Positions 42,501-55,730 of a DNA stretch of 64,000 nt are shown here, one piece after another. A program made the translations under genes and the position numbers. The stretch covers positions 23,435,504 through 23,499,503 of the forward strand of contig OZ037765.1 of assembly GCA_964035545.1 (NCBI GenBank), written 5' to 3'. Below the pieces are notes generated by a model, which saw nothing but the letters and a program-made list of their open reading frames with translations, had not been told where the DNA came from and made no database searches. This DNA comes from Bugula neritina (lineage: Eukaryota; Animalia; Bryozoa). Position 1 is the first letter of the stretch. Every line of letters starts with the position of its first letter.

Positions 42501-45500
42501 ATAAATAAAATTTACAGAATTTAAAATTTGATGAGTTTTGTAACTAATTAAGATAATGTGTCATGACTTTTTAGAGTTGTAATGAAATGACAAAAGTATT
42601 CTGTTGAGTTGAAAATAAAATGTTCATGTCACCTGTTGCCAGCTGTCCCTTTAGGTTTCCAATAAAATCTTGCGGCATCCCATTCCAGCTCTTTGGTGTC
42701 AATATAAGCATAATGTTCCTCGAAAGATTGAGGCTTCGATTTCATGCCACCATTCACTATGTCATAGAAAACTACATACATGAAAACTCTTATTGATCAA
42801 ATATTTTCAAATTATGTTAAATTTTTTATAGTGATAACAACTTTTGGTTGCACATTTTAGCAATTTTCAAAACTAATATGAAACACATCAGTTTGCTTCA
42901 ATACTTTTGCTTGTTAGTTGTTATGCTTGAAATACAGCTGATGTTTCAAAAACCATAATATAATGCTTTCTTCAGCAGTTATTTACAACCACTATATGCA
43001 GCTCACAAAGCCAGAATATATGAAATGGCTTTTACAGTTTGAAAATATTGCAAACTTCAATAAATAAAATAGACATTGAAAGCTAACGGATGGATTTCAA
43101 GTATTTAGGGCAACTTAATAGTGATAACTATCACTGCTTGCACTTCTCATATAATTTCAGATAAAATTCAATTTAGTACTATTGAAAAAGTGTAAAATGG
43201 TGGAAAAAATTACAAGCAAAAATCAATTCTATATCTAGCAAAAAGAAACATGGAACATAACACACTAGTAATACATTTTACTGTAAATATAATGTTTGAC
43301 CAACACTGTACAAGTGTACAGACTAAAGACATATACTCTTGTAACAAATAGTCAGACTACTTAACAGTATCATAGCCACTTAGCAGCAATGTGACATTTA
43401 AAGAAGCAAACAAGCTCTTGAGTAAATTAGCCAGCACACTGCTAGATATTCAACAGTCATTTCTTTCTTACCCACTATTCAAAAATTTTAAAGAACAAGA
43501 TAGAAATAAGGAGCGGTTCAGTTACCATACCCTATAATATTGATATTTTGAATCACACCGAGATACCTTATGTTATCATAATTATTTATTCGTCTCAAAG
43601 CATCCCATTAAATAGCTGCCCACCTCAATATATCATAATATCTTGCAGAAGTATTCAATACTAATACTAATAGCAAAAATAAGATCACCTGGAATCATTT
43701 CTAGCAAAACAAGAGCTATATCTGGCTGAGGTAAAGACACTATTCTAGCAAGGCACTGCGGGGATGTGAGCACCGTCTCACCAACATCTACAACATACTT
43801 CGATGCTGCAAACTACATTTGTGGAATTAAAACTGTACAATACATATTTACTTTAAAATTCTAGCTAGATTATTCAAACTGAGAATTTTCTTAAAAATTG
43901 CTTAATCAGCATAATGAAATAATTATAGTGATTTAGTTATTTATATATTATCTTAATAGCAACTTCTGCATCACATCATCTTTTAGCAATCTCTTTTTAA
44001 CACTTTTATAATAATTATATAGATATGCGGTTAATGTTAATATGCATTTGTTCCTATGACAATTTCAGAATATGGATTTTAGATACCTGGTTGTTTTGCT
44101 GGTTTGGGCTTAGCACTAATCACTCGTGGGGGCTTCACATTTGGACTTGTCTTTCCTCTGGTGTGATAAGTAGAAGAGAAAACTGGACCAGACATTGGAC
44201 GCTTTGGAAGTGGCCGTTTGGACTGAAATTAAATCCATAAGTAGAAATATCTTTTTAAGATTTAACATGTTTAGTTGGAAAGACCCATAGACTGCACTTA
44301 TAACTTACAAATATCTTCTGTTCAGCACTTTGTCCTTTCAATCCTGATACATTCCCAGGTGTTCTAGAGAGACTAAACATCACTGCTGATTGGATGAATT
44401 GCCCAAGAGCTTGAATTTGTTCCAATTCACCAGCCTAATATTATAATGATGCTTTCAATGATAAAAAAAAATTGAAAACAAATGTCACTTTCAAAGAAAT
44501 CTGTTCAATTAGGTATCATTAAATTTGTAATCCATACCTCTTGTCTTTGTAAACTCTCTTTTAAAGTCAAGACATTGGAAATAATTTGTGCATCATTTGT
44601 AGACAAAGTAACAAGGGACATTACTCCTAAAACAAAACAATTGAAGTTTTAAATTTGAAGCCTTACATTGAATGGCTTTTTTTAGAAGGACAGCAAATAT
44701 TCTCAGTCGAGAAGTTTTCTGTGATTCAACACTGGTTCATATCAGTAGAAAAACCTTTCTTCATGAAAAATTCTCGAGTACAAGAAGGGAATGGTTAACC
44801 AGTTTCAAACCCTTACCAGGCTCTTTGTGCATATATTCTGAGAAAGAAGGAACATAACACATGAGTAAAACAACTTCAGCAGCTAGCAACGATCTATACT
44901 GACGATACCTGAAAATTTACATAAATTATTTATTAAAGGAGACATTAAACTCAAAGGTGTTGCAAAATCATAAAGAATAAAATATCAAAGCGCATTCAAA
45001 TAGACAAATATGTCATAAAAATAAAACTCCTGTAGAAATTGGAAGATATATTGAATAAAACCTAATTAAGAAAAAACAAAAGTTCAAGCTGCTTAATATT
45101 CCAAAAACTAGCTAGAGTCAGAAAATATCAAATGCTTCCAAGAAATAATTTCTCATAAATAGCATCAAGCAATTTGGAAACTGAAAAGGCAAGTCCAAAG
45201 AAAGAAGCATATAAACTTACAAGCCAGTAGGAGCAGAAGACTTCCCTGAGCAAGATTTAATACATTCAGTAAGTAGGTAGTTGAGACAAAGATATAGTTT
45301 ATCATACAATCCACCCGTCTGAAAAAGGAGGTCTAGAGTAGTAATGCATTAAAAATAATATTTAAAAAGCTTGTAAAAGTTAAACGATTTACTTGCTTAC
45401 CTGTTTATCAACTCGTTCAACTTTAACAGCACTGAGTAGAATTCCTGAAACAAGTGCACGACTTTCCCTAGAGAGAGCAAACACTTCCATACCATTCACA

Positions 45501-48500
45501 TTTCTATAAGCAATGTAACACTAGCTTTAGTTTTATAGTATCAAGAAATAGTCATTATCAGAATCAAAAAAATCTGCAAGTTTAGTAACCAGTATCCGGG
45601 TATGATAGTGATAAATAATTCAATCAATTCGATAAAACAAACATCAGGTCCAATAACTAATGAGTTTTCTATAATAGTTTTATGCTGTCCACTATGGTTC
45701 CAATCTTTTGATTGGCTCAAAAGTAACAGAGACAGTAAGACTATACCAAATTTAAACTGCAATAAACTAAACTGCTATAATCATATTTCATAGTTGAATA
45801 GAGCCCAATGTGCTAGTGGTAAGCATAAAGATAACATAGCACATATTTCACTTAGATAATCATAGTTATTACAGTCAAATGCTAATAATGATACATCAAT
45901 CCATGAAAACATCTAAAATAGTAGAGTGTAAAAATGGATGTGTACATTCCGTTTCACGTGTGCAAAATTATTGAAAACATCTGTGCAAGAGGAGTGATTT
46001 GGGAAGCACTTTTTAAGTGGGATGAAAAAATATTGCAAAAAAAAAAAATTTAAAATAAGCACAACAAAACATACAAAATAAAGCAAACCTATTGCTGTCT
46101 GTAAAAATAAATCACTGACAATATTAGGATGAAGTAACTACAACATTACTTATATTAAAAGTTTGTAATAGAAACATGTAGAAAAAGGGTTCAGGATCAA
46201 CTATGCAAAAATAGCTGTTAGCAAACATATTTACATGGCACATGACATGACACAGTTGTTGAAAACACGTAATTAGAAAGTTTTCAGCAAACTTACCCAA
46301 ATTTATCTAGTTTCATTAATTCTAATGTTTCCTTAAAAAGGCTGTCTGGAATTTTGAATTCAAGTGATGTCTACAAAATAACAATATACATTTTTATAGG
46401 CCGAAGCAAATTGACAAAGCACGGAGTAAAATAATAAACACACATATTCTTTGTTTATTGCATTTTTATCAACAAAGTATTTTAAATATCTACTACATCT
46501 ACATTTATGTCTATCATAAATTTTAAATAGAATTTACCAATAGCAACATGATGAACATATTGCATCTCAAAGCATCATGTTTTCGTGTTTCCAGCATTTC
46601 TACCAAAAACGTTTCACTTATCACTGCCTTCACTTCTCGCCTAAAATAAAAATATACTTTTATAAAGTTATAAAAAGAAAAGAAATATTGATTAATATTA
46701 TACCAATGGGCTATAACATAACAAAATGATTTTACTCCAAAACCCTGTCACAACTTGCTAAATGTAAACCATTAGAAGATGAATACAAAAGAGGTACACA
46801 GGATCTTGGAGCGATTTCGGTAATAAAGTAAGTTTTCGATTAATCTAGTGTGTAACACACCTTTGAGACAAGTTACTTGAGTGGACTATGATATCCTGTG
46901 CCATATTTTCTGACAAATATTGCAAACGTCTTACATCCAGGTCAATATTGAACACATCCTGTCGAGGAAATCGCTGCATCAAATGGATCACCTAAAGAAA
47001 CAGCATAATTATGTCAAACATGCAGTTATTAGAATATATTTAACTTGGAACCTAAAAATTAATTTATAGGTTGTTTAGTAAGATCTCACCCTATCTCCAA
47101 ATATGCCATTAACTTCTCGATTCTTTTGTGTAGAAGGTACAAAACTTCGTGAAGCAGATAGTTTATGTCTCTAAAATGTAAAATAATTAGTGAATACCAT
47201 GTAACCATTAAAATTAGGGAGCAGCTGTGGTCTAGGGGTTAGAGCGTTTGCCTAGTAAACACAAGGTCATGGGTTCGGCCCTGACAAAGGCCATGGGTGA
47301 TGTTAGGAAGAGCATTCAGTCATAATTGCTCCTGTGCCACATCTGAATAAGTCATTAGCCGGATTTAACAAAAACCTTTCTATCAGGGGTTTCTCACAGG
47401 GATATCCGCTATAAACTTGCTTGAGTTTTTATGTAACCATTAAAATTAGTAAACTATTTTTAGACTAATAAATGTTTTATTGTATAACATAACCCTTGAA
47501 CATTTGATACATCACTATAACAAAGTATTACATATTAAATTAGCAATTCAAAGAGAAGTGTTGGTGCAAATGAATTTAAAGTTCAACTTCTTTCACAAGT
47601 AAACATATCAACAACAAACAGCCACTTTTCTAGTATTTTCAAGAGTGCTTTATATAATTATATATTACAAGAAATACATTCATTTTGTAAAAGAATAACA
47701 ACCTCAAGTACATATATTGATAGCATGATATACCTAATGAAAGCCTTTCACAGAAAATGATTTATGCCGATCAATAGAAACAAATCAATGCAAGGACACG
47801 GTTGCTATAACACTTCATTTGAATCTATAATATTCCTTACTAATGCCATGGAACTTTAAATTAGAAAATAGTAAATTAATGTTTGCCTTATACTCTTCCA
47901 AATGTACATATTTAATGCTAATGTCCAGCACACTAAAACTGAACCATAATAGAGTAGATTGTAGAATAAACGACATTAAAAACAGTATTTTTATGAGGAA
48001 ATTTTAATATTAAATTACTTTTTAATCTTAATTTGGAACCTCACAACAAAGAATACACAAGTTTCTTCGTGGTATTATAAAAGTGTTTTCTATTTTTTCA
48101 CTAGTAACTTTTTCAATGCATTTACTAGAGAAGCGGGAAAGAAACTCTACAACTTACCACTGGACGGTCTGACACGGCAGAATCATCAAAGAATAACTTG
48201 ACTTGTATTCTCTCGGCAGCTGCAAACCAATTTTAGTAAATAAACACAAGCTGGCTAATGCATACATATTTTATCCAACTGTTCAATCAATGCTGATTAT
48301 AATTTCATGAGATGCACTGTAAAAATATTTGCAATGTAAAAATATTAATTCGCTGCAAGTATTGAAGTAGTGTTTCTTCTATAACTTTAGCACAATTTTA
48401 ATACAGTATTTTATCCATTTACTGTCTTTAGATCCCTTTGAATCTTGTTTTATATGATATGCAGACTAAAATAGAACATGACTCACTGGTAACCAGGCGA

Positions 48501-51500
48501 CCATCCACCATCCATACATTGGGGAGACAATCTATCACATGTATACGATCTACAACATAGTTGAGGCATGCGGTTACTGTGCATAGACTGGCTGATAGAA
48601 AACACAACATGGTAATTTGTTTTTAGGCAAATAAAATGTTAAAATTGTGCAAGACTTAAATTTTGCATATAATGGTCAAATGATAGATGAAAAAGTATTC
48701 TAGTTATTATGGCAAGGTGTAGTAATGAATAACATTACAGAAGTAGTCTTCTTCTACAGATTTCTAAAGCAGGTGGTAAGCTTTGTGGTATAGGAAGCAG
48801 CAAGACAAAAATCAATAGGTTATGGATGGACGGCTATAATATTTCAAAGAAATACAAAACCCCTAGTTTTTAGTGATTAGGTGGCAATAGGGTCTACTCA
48901 TGCTACACATAATCAATAACAATATCCTGGCTGTAACTAAAGAACAAAATAGAAAACAAAACAACCTGCGTGGTTATACCATATCCAAGTGATTGGGCTG
49001 AGCTGATAAGCTAACAGTTCAAGTTGCATTTTATTTACTCAATTAAATTTTCCACTTCAATTAAAGTTAATGGTCAAACATAAGGTGTTAGGAACTTTCT
49101 TATATGCAGCAATAGAGTTGTATAGAGTCAATGATATGCTTCTCATTGTGCACTTGTTGAAGCACAAACTCTCCTAATAACAGCATATCAAAAGTTAACT
49201 ACTCCATGCCTTCTCTAACACTTCTCAATCACAGCTGCACTTATAAACAAGGTGTCAATTTAAACTATGCATTATTTTTATTCTTATTCAGTAATTCAGC
49301 TGCTAGTAACTTTATACTTGGCAGGTTTTAGCTGGGTAAAATAAATGTACACATATAAGTTGATAACACTCTGTAAATGTAATGTACGTGAAGCTTAAAA
49401 GATAAATCTAAGTGACTTTTTGCATGTCTTAAAACTCAGGTCATTAGTATAGATATAATGCAAAACAATTACGTTAAATAGAACTAGCATATATAATAGT
49501 GGTAGTCTATATGCTAATCTTTTTGCTAGAAATTAGAAAATTGACGCTATCTTTTTTAGAAGTTTAGCTTTCACTCAACATGTTTTGATTTCTGATAAAT
49601 CAATTTCAATAGGAATGCTTTTCAATCAAATAATATTGCTTTATAGCAATACAATTCTTATTTAAGAAATAGAGCTATTTAAAAATATTGTACACATACA
49701 TATACAAAAAATGGAATTTGATCTCATTGCATATCTCAGTAAACCTCACTGGTAACATTTATGTAGACATGTTATAAGTGGTTATATAAATAATCTTCAA
49801 AGATATTGATGAAAGTTATAACTGCTATTTTCGAAGTAGATTATTACTAATAGCATCAAAAAGCAACTCTATGAAGATCCCAGCAATTATATTGCTGTTG
49901 TCAAGTGGCTTAAATAATTAATTAGAAAATTTCATTTTTCAGCTGCCTTAGTTTTTAAAAATTTAACTATGGTTTACTTACAAGACATAAATTCTCACTC
50001 AACAAAATTTTTTGTCGCCTTCTATCTGCAGTGGCTGCTTGTTTCCCTAAAGGCTAGAGAGCTAAAGGCACTAATGAATGCATATCACTTGAAACAAATT
50101 TGCACTATTTTAGGTTGTTTCATAGAATCATTTGTTTAGAAACATAATATTTTTTGGAAAGATCAGATAACTTTTCACTCCTGTAGAAACCCAAGAGTGT
50201 CTAATAGTGGAAATAACATACAGTAAGGATCTTTCTCTAGTTGGCTGTTCCCATGTAGTCTCAGGTCTAAAATGTGTAGATGCTGCAGCTTTGACAACTC
50301 AAACCAAGAGAGCTGATTGTTAGACAAATCCAGTGTCCCAATGGCTACAAACCGACCAAACCCATCTAAACTTTGAACCTGCAAAATATATGGAAGATAC
50401 ATAAAATTATTCAATACCTTCACAAACCAGTGGTACATTATTAAGATTAATAAATTTATAAGTTAATAAGAAACAAAACAATTATTGAAAAAGTTTTTAT
50501 TGAAAAGTATTATAACTATAAGCATATTGAGTTAAATTGAGATTTTCTTACAAATTAAGTATTATTGGGGCACAGAAAAGCTTTACGTGGTACCTTGTTG
50601 TTGCTAACATTGAAAGACCACAGCTGGGGACACTGTTCTATTGTAGTAGGGATACTCTCTATGAGGTTGTGGCTCACATTGAGACTCTGCAACTTGCAGC
50701 AGCTTCCCAACTTCTCTAATATGCCTGGAGAGAGAGGACAGAAACTCTTTAAATGGTAGATGAAAGCAACTATGAAAAATCTTCATAGATAGTTTTGGTT
50801 TAGAATTGAATCTCTTTCTGTCTAGTAGTGTTGGGTAGTTGGGCACTAATCTAGCAGGATTAAAAACTCTTAAATTAACTCATTAGTAGTATAGAACAGC
50901 TGCATCTAAATCACCATTACAATTGATAATTTTCTCCAAACCTGCTACTACTGATTATGACTATATCAGCCAGTTGCATGTGTGAGTATGGTGTATAGGC
51001 TTTGAATTTTATTACTTGACTAAATCCTTTGCTGAGGTTCGCAAATAAGACATTATTTACAATATTGTACCCCTATACAATTTGTTGTTTAGACTTTTCA
51101 TGCAGAAGGTACATATTGACTTAGGTTACAACTTTTCATCTATCTCTAGGCAAAGAGCAAGCATTACAGTTGCTGTATGCACAACAGTGATAATAATGTT
51201 TCTTCTAATCATTTTTATCAACATTGTTATAGCAAAATTGTAATATGCAAACTAAGAAACTGTAACTGATATAGAAATAAAAACAGCCCTAAAGCCTTGT
51301 GTCATTTCTTGCATATAATTCACACTGCAATAATAGACATCAAATAAGAAAAAAGGTCACATTTGAGCCCCCAGTGCTTCATTTTTTCAACTGCAGGGCG
51401 AGAAAGCTGTTAACCTTCCACTTTATATGATTGCATATTTTCTCATTTCTGCAGTAAATATAGAGCCAAAACAAATTTCACTCTTCCTTCCCTTGCATAA

Positions 51501-52209
51501 CATTCAAACCAAAATATTAGTTTACATTCTCATACTAAGGTCTCACACTATGGTATATTGCAGTTTTTATACGCATCGACTAGCCGCACATAAATCCTTG
51601 CAATTATCCATAAAAGTATATAAACATGTTAAATTTTATTTTTAGATAAATAGCATGTTAATACACAACCGCCACGACATCAATGACTTTCATAAGCTCT
51701 TATTTTCCAATACTATTTGAAAAAAAAAGGATTTCCAACAAAACTAAAATGTGAAATATCAACTCTTAATGAGACAGTACAAGTTTTAAAACGCTGTTGC
51801 AATAATAATGATTAACAGCCAAATACAGACTTCTATTCTTCATCATAAAGTAACAAAGAATCTAAATTAAATAGCAAATATAAATTTACTTACATATCTC
51901 TAGATTTGATAAGTTAAGATACTTGATTGACTGCAGCGAACTCTGTCTTGTTTTACTTCGTATGAGCTGTAAGAAGTTCAAAACACTTTTTCTCTTCTAA
52001 GTCACAGTTGAGCACAAAAAGCTATTATTGCAGAGTAAGTTAATAAATTAGAAAAAGTACATTGATGGAGTACTGCCCAAGTTTAAAGATACTTGGCACT
52101 TTTGTCATGGTCCACAACATACTTTGTAGTTAATTAAGCGGCATTAAAATGTAGTATAGTTTAGCTAAAGATGTGAAATATAAACACATACCTGATTGGT
52201 TATTTTCAT
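36575..52209 (-). CDS. Large uncharacterised protein: N-terminal leucine-rich repeats + LRRcap, helical middle, small beta domain, long S/P-rich disordered tail
   Basis: More than 20 GT-AG exons. Start MKITNQ (52209-52192), then ...SLQSIKYLNLSNLEI, KLQSLNVSHNLIESIP...LWSFNVSNNK (~50724-50594), LDLSNNQLSWFELSKLQHLHILDLRLHGNSQLEKDPY (~50378-50222), YRIHVIDCLPNVWMVDGRLVTTAER (LRRcap; ~48549-48487 and ~48219-48158). Further in-phase exons lie near 47170, 46991, 46640, 46370, 45500, 45320, 44908, 44626, 44434, 44222, 43787, 42771, 42310, 41822, 41085, 40441, 39331, 38549, 38278 and 37558. The last exon 36717-36575 ends ...ESLEYETQDC*. Some internal boundaries are approximate. Confidence 0.8.
41278..41306 (+). 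repeat. Poly-G / GGGGA tract (G-quadruplex-capable)
   Basis: Run of G tracts (10 G, 7 G, 4 G) separated by single A, in an otherwise AT-rich intron. Confidence 0.7.
47218..47430 (+). mobile_element. tRNA-Thr(AGT)-derived SINE with 19-bp target-site duplication
   Basis: Head GGAGCAGCTGTGGTCTAGGGGTTAGAGCGTTTGCCTAGTAAACACAAGGTCATGGGTTCGGCCC has Pol III A- and B-box-like motifs and the CTAGTAAAC anticodon-loop signature of eukaryotic tRNA-Thr(AGT). ATGTAACCATTAAAATTAG is duplicated exactly at 47199-47217 and 47431-47449. Confidence 0.9.
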
Positions 52210-52890
52210 CTTGGGAAATTCAGTGACAATAGCAGAAGACTACATTCTCGGAGCTACTTACTTCAAACACAACCTACAAAAATTACATTTGAGTGATTTG
52301 CTATTTAGCCTACATTAAATAGAAAAACTATCTTAAGCCTAGAAGCAACTATTAACACCACATATACTGGTTGGGAACAATATTCAGGCAGAAGAAAATA
52401 GCAAATTGTTAAGGTGGTAAATTATCTTAAAGGTTGGGCAGGTGCAAACATCAACACTTATAAGCCACAGTAAGAGCCAAATATACCCTTGCTTTAACAA
52501 CTCTGTTTCCAAAACTAAAATTGCGTAGTGTCAAACTGCAAGTGTCAAATTTAATGAGTTAAAAGCTTCCATTCATTGGATAAATTATTCTGAAGGCTTA
52601 AATCGGATAGTGAGATCCTTCATTCTTCTCTAAAGAGTTGCAATATATAATTTATAAACTATTTAGAAAACAGGTCAATAAGCTGCATTTGCATTACCCA
52701 ATAACAAATTATTATTCCTTAATGAACATGATATTATCACTTTTTATTGAACTATTTTTAAAACTCAATAACTGCTAAAATGAACAATTATATATTTTGC
52801 TGATATAGTTGTTTTGTATTGATAATAAACTCTAAGATATACTAGTTTGCAGTAAAAAATTGATCAAAATGGTTTGTACACTCAGACATT

Positions 52891-52904
52891 GTAACCATAG
52901 AAAC
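52891..52904. promoter_or_regulatory. RFX X-box-like motif GTAACCATAGAAAC near the 5' end of the LRR gene
   Basis: Fits the GTHNYY-AT-RRNAAC consensus exactly. It lies ~20 bp inside a candidate first intron (minus-strand donor AAAA|GTGAGT at ~52924) and ~690 bp from the ATG. Confidence 0.45.
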
Positions 52905-55204
52905 CATTGTAACTCAACACTCACTTTTAAAAACAGTAAGTGTATAGTTAGTTATTAGCAAAGATTGCTTTACAGAGTAACAATTTTGGCGTAAAAGTTA
53001 GGGGAAGCCTGCAGGCACAATCATAGCAAAAATAAATCATGTGAACCCGTTTGTTCCTAGTTTTGTAAGTTATAGTGAATTGCTACACAGTAGTAACCAC
53101 TGCATAATTTTTTGCTACTTGATTAATTAACAATTACTCAAGTTACCCAGATTTTACTAACACTAATTATAGGATACTCTAATATGTATTGGTGATTTGC
53201 TAGAAAAGAAAGTTTAAAAATCAATATTCAAGCTATTTAGAGCATGAGCTAGTTTTAAAAATATTGTAGCTATATTTTTTTAATTACTGTGGCTTATTCA
53301 ATTATGAATTTTTAATCTTATCCAATTATAGAAACTGTACACAAGACATTTTTAGGTGCTGAACTTAGCAAATATTTATTATTGCAGTAATTATTAATTA
53401 TTATTTAACATTTTAAAATTGGCATTATTATATAAAAGCTTACTTAGTGTACAACTGTGAGTGTTACCATTGTCATATATTATATAATTGTTTTGAGTGC
53501 ATGCAGTATGATGAAATTATTTACTGGAGTTGTTTAACTACTTAGGTTATATTAGCATACATTAAGTGTTACATATGTCCCTTCATGAACAAAGATCTTC
53601 TAACTATAAACAGCTAGAACTATATATTCTGTAGTAATAGATATTCTGTGTATACAGTCCTACTTTATCTTCTATACTTACAATAAAATACCTATCTGGA
53701 ATGCAATAGACTATAAAGATTACTGAAGCTGTGTCTCCTACTACTATGCTAAAGTTTTAGTAGTAGCCAAGAAGCAACATCCTAAGCAGTAACACATCTA
53801 ATTAAAATGATTATGATTATTACTTTGGTACAAATTTTGATAACTCAATATGAATCAAAAAATAAAGATCATTATCATAATTAACATCAAAGCATAAAAA
53901 TCTTAGTCATACCTTATAGTTATAGTTTGTGGTATATTAAATATAATTTAAAATTTAAAATTAGAAATAAGACAATAATCATAAAGTTACATTGTGAGGC
54001 CATATAATTAATATTATAGGTGAATAACTATAACAATATTATATTAAATTTTAAGATTCAGTATTGCAATGAAAATTAATTGTTACTATTTATAAATACA
54101 GCATATACACGTTGTCACGTTGTAATGACAAAACAAAAGTAAAAACAAAACAAAAATGCAAGTTGATCTATACTCATACTGGTACAAAACTCAGTTTCAG
54201 GTCTGCTCAGCAATTCATGAAATAAGAAAACTCAAGAAAATAAAAATAGGTAAAATTTAATACAGTCCTATAAACTTGAAACCAAAAATAAAAAGAAAAG
54301 TTTAACTTTATCATAATTAATATTATAATAAATATTAATATTATCCTCTATTCCACGGTGAATACTTACTACTACTAGTAGTACTAGTACTACTACTAGT
54401 ACTAGTAGTACTTGTGCTTACATTAAATATTGATATTCTAATGATTGTCAATGAGTTATCGTTAAATTTAATTTATTAAACACTATTGAGTATTGAGATT
54501 AATATTATTCAATAGTTAACAACAATATTACTTTTACACATAGGCCCTATGCCAGTATTGCTATTGTAATAGAAGAATTTCAGTTTTAGCCTGTTGCAGA
54601 ATAATCCAGTTCTTAGATGTCTCAGTTGCTCCATGTGCTGTTCATAACTAGATTTGGTTGCGATGCGCCTTTCAACACCTATTATATACAAAACCTCCGC
54701 AATAATAAATGTTTTAGAATAAAAGTAACTGTTATATATAAATAACCATAACAAGCAAAATATTTTTTGGTATATTAAAAATCAAAAGTTTTATTTTCAA
54801 AAAAGAATTAAATGTTTTTGTTTACCTGGTGCTTATATTTTTATGTTAATTTTATGGGATCTATTTACCAAACCTAAGCTTAACTTGGCTCACTATAACA
54901 GGTCGCAAAATCTGTTCTAAGTGCGAGATTTTATTGGGCTATTTTGAGAAAGTTTTAAGACCCCAGACTACAGACCGCGGGAGATTCCAAGGGCAAAGTT
55001 ATTAATTTTCTGCAATTCTTTGGTCAGTTGTCACTCACCCATTCTCAATAATAGCAAAGCCAAGTGAACATACTTGGAATGAAAACTACAAAGGATGCGC
55101 TGTTATATTTGCACTATACTCCACCTTTTTCCAGTAGTTTTTTAAACTTAGGTTAAGCGAATTTCACTAAGTTTAACAGTAACACTGTCCCGGTCCGTGA
55201 TACT

Positions 55205-55720
55205 CACAAAGTGAAAGTGAAAGTGACAATCACATTGATAATCCTTTTGAATTTGATGATCATAAATTGATATTCATATTGATAATGACAATCATATAGT
55301 GATAATGATACTAATAGTAATACAGTGAATCAAAATATGATATTTGTCATAATATGATCAGTATGAGTAATCATTACGAGTATGACTATGACTATAACTA
55401 TAAGTAATTTAGTATAACTATAAGCATAAACTTAAACTTAATAATAATAATATTGATAATCACAATGATAGTACTTCTAATACATTGTGAATGTCAATAG
55501 TAATGATACCATTAGAATCGTCATTATGATTATGATTATATTACTCTTCAATGTAAATATTCTATATCTAATTTTATAATTAAATCAGCTCTTTTACTTC
55601 TGCTCGGTCTTACTCTTACAGTTGGTGTTACACTTACTAGAGTTTTATTGTTTATTAGTTATCATAGTCATTACCATTAATTTGTAATTGCTGTTGATTA
55701 ATGTTAAGTTTACTATTAAA
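55205..55720. repeat. Degenerate 3/6-bp periodic low-complexity tract (TATGAC/GATAAT/AAACTT)n
   Basis: For example gtgaaagtgaaagtga, tatgactatgactataactata, aaacttaaactta, cattatgattatgatt. Confidence 0.75.
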
Positions 55721-55730
55721 TTTAAATCTT

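Noticed and set aside
47218-47290. Possible functional tRNA-Thr gene
   Set aside because: Anticodon and acceptor stems do not pair properly, the B-box is degenerate, and the sequence is part of a TSD-flanked SINE.
54367-54412. TACTAGTA-based palindromic tract
   Set aside because: Arises from TAC/TAG triplet slippage; a simple repeat within the low-complexity region.
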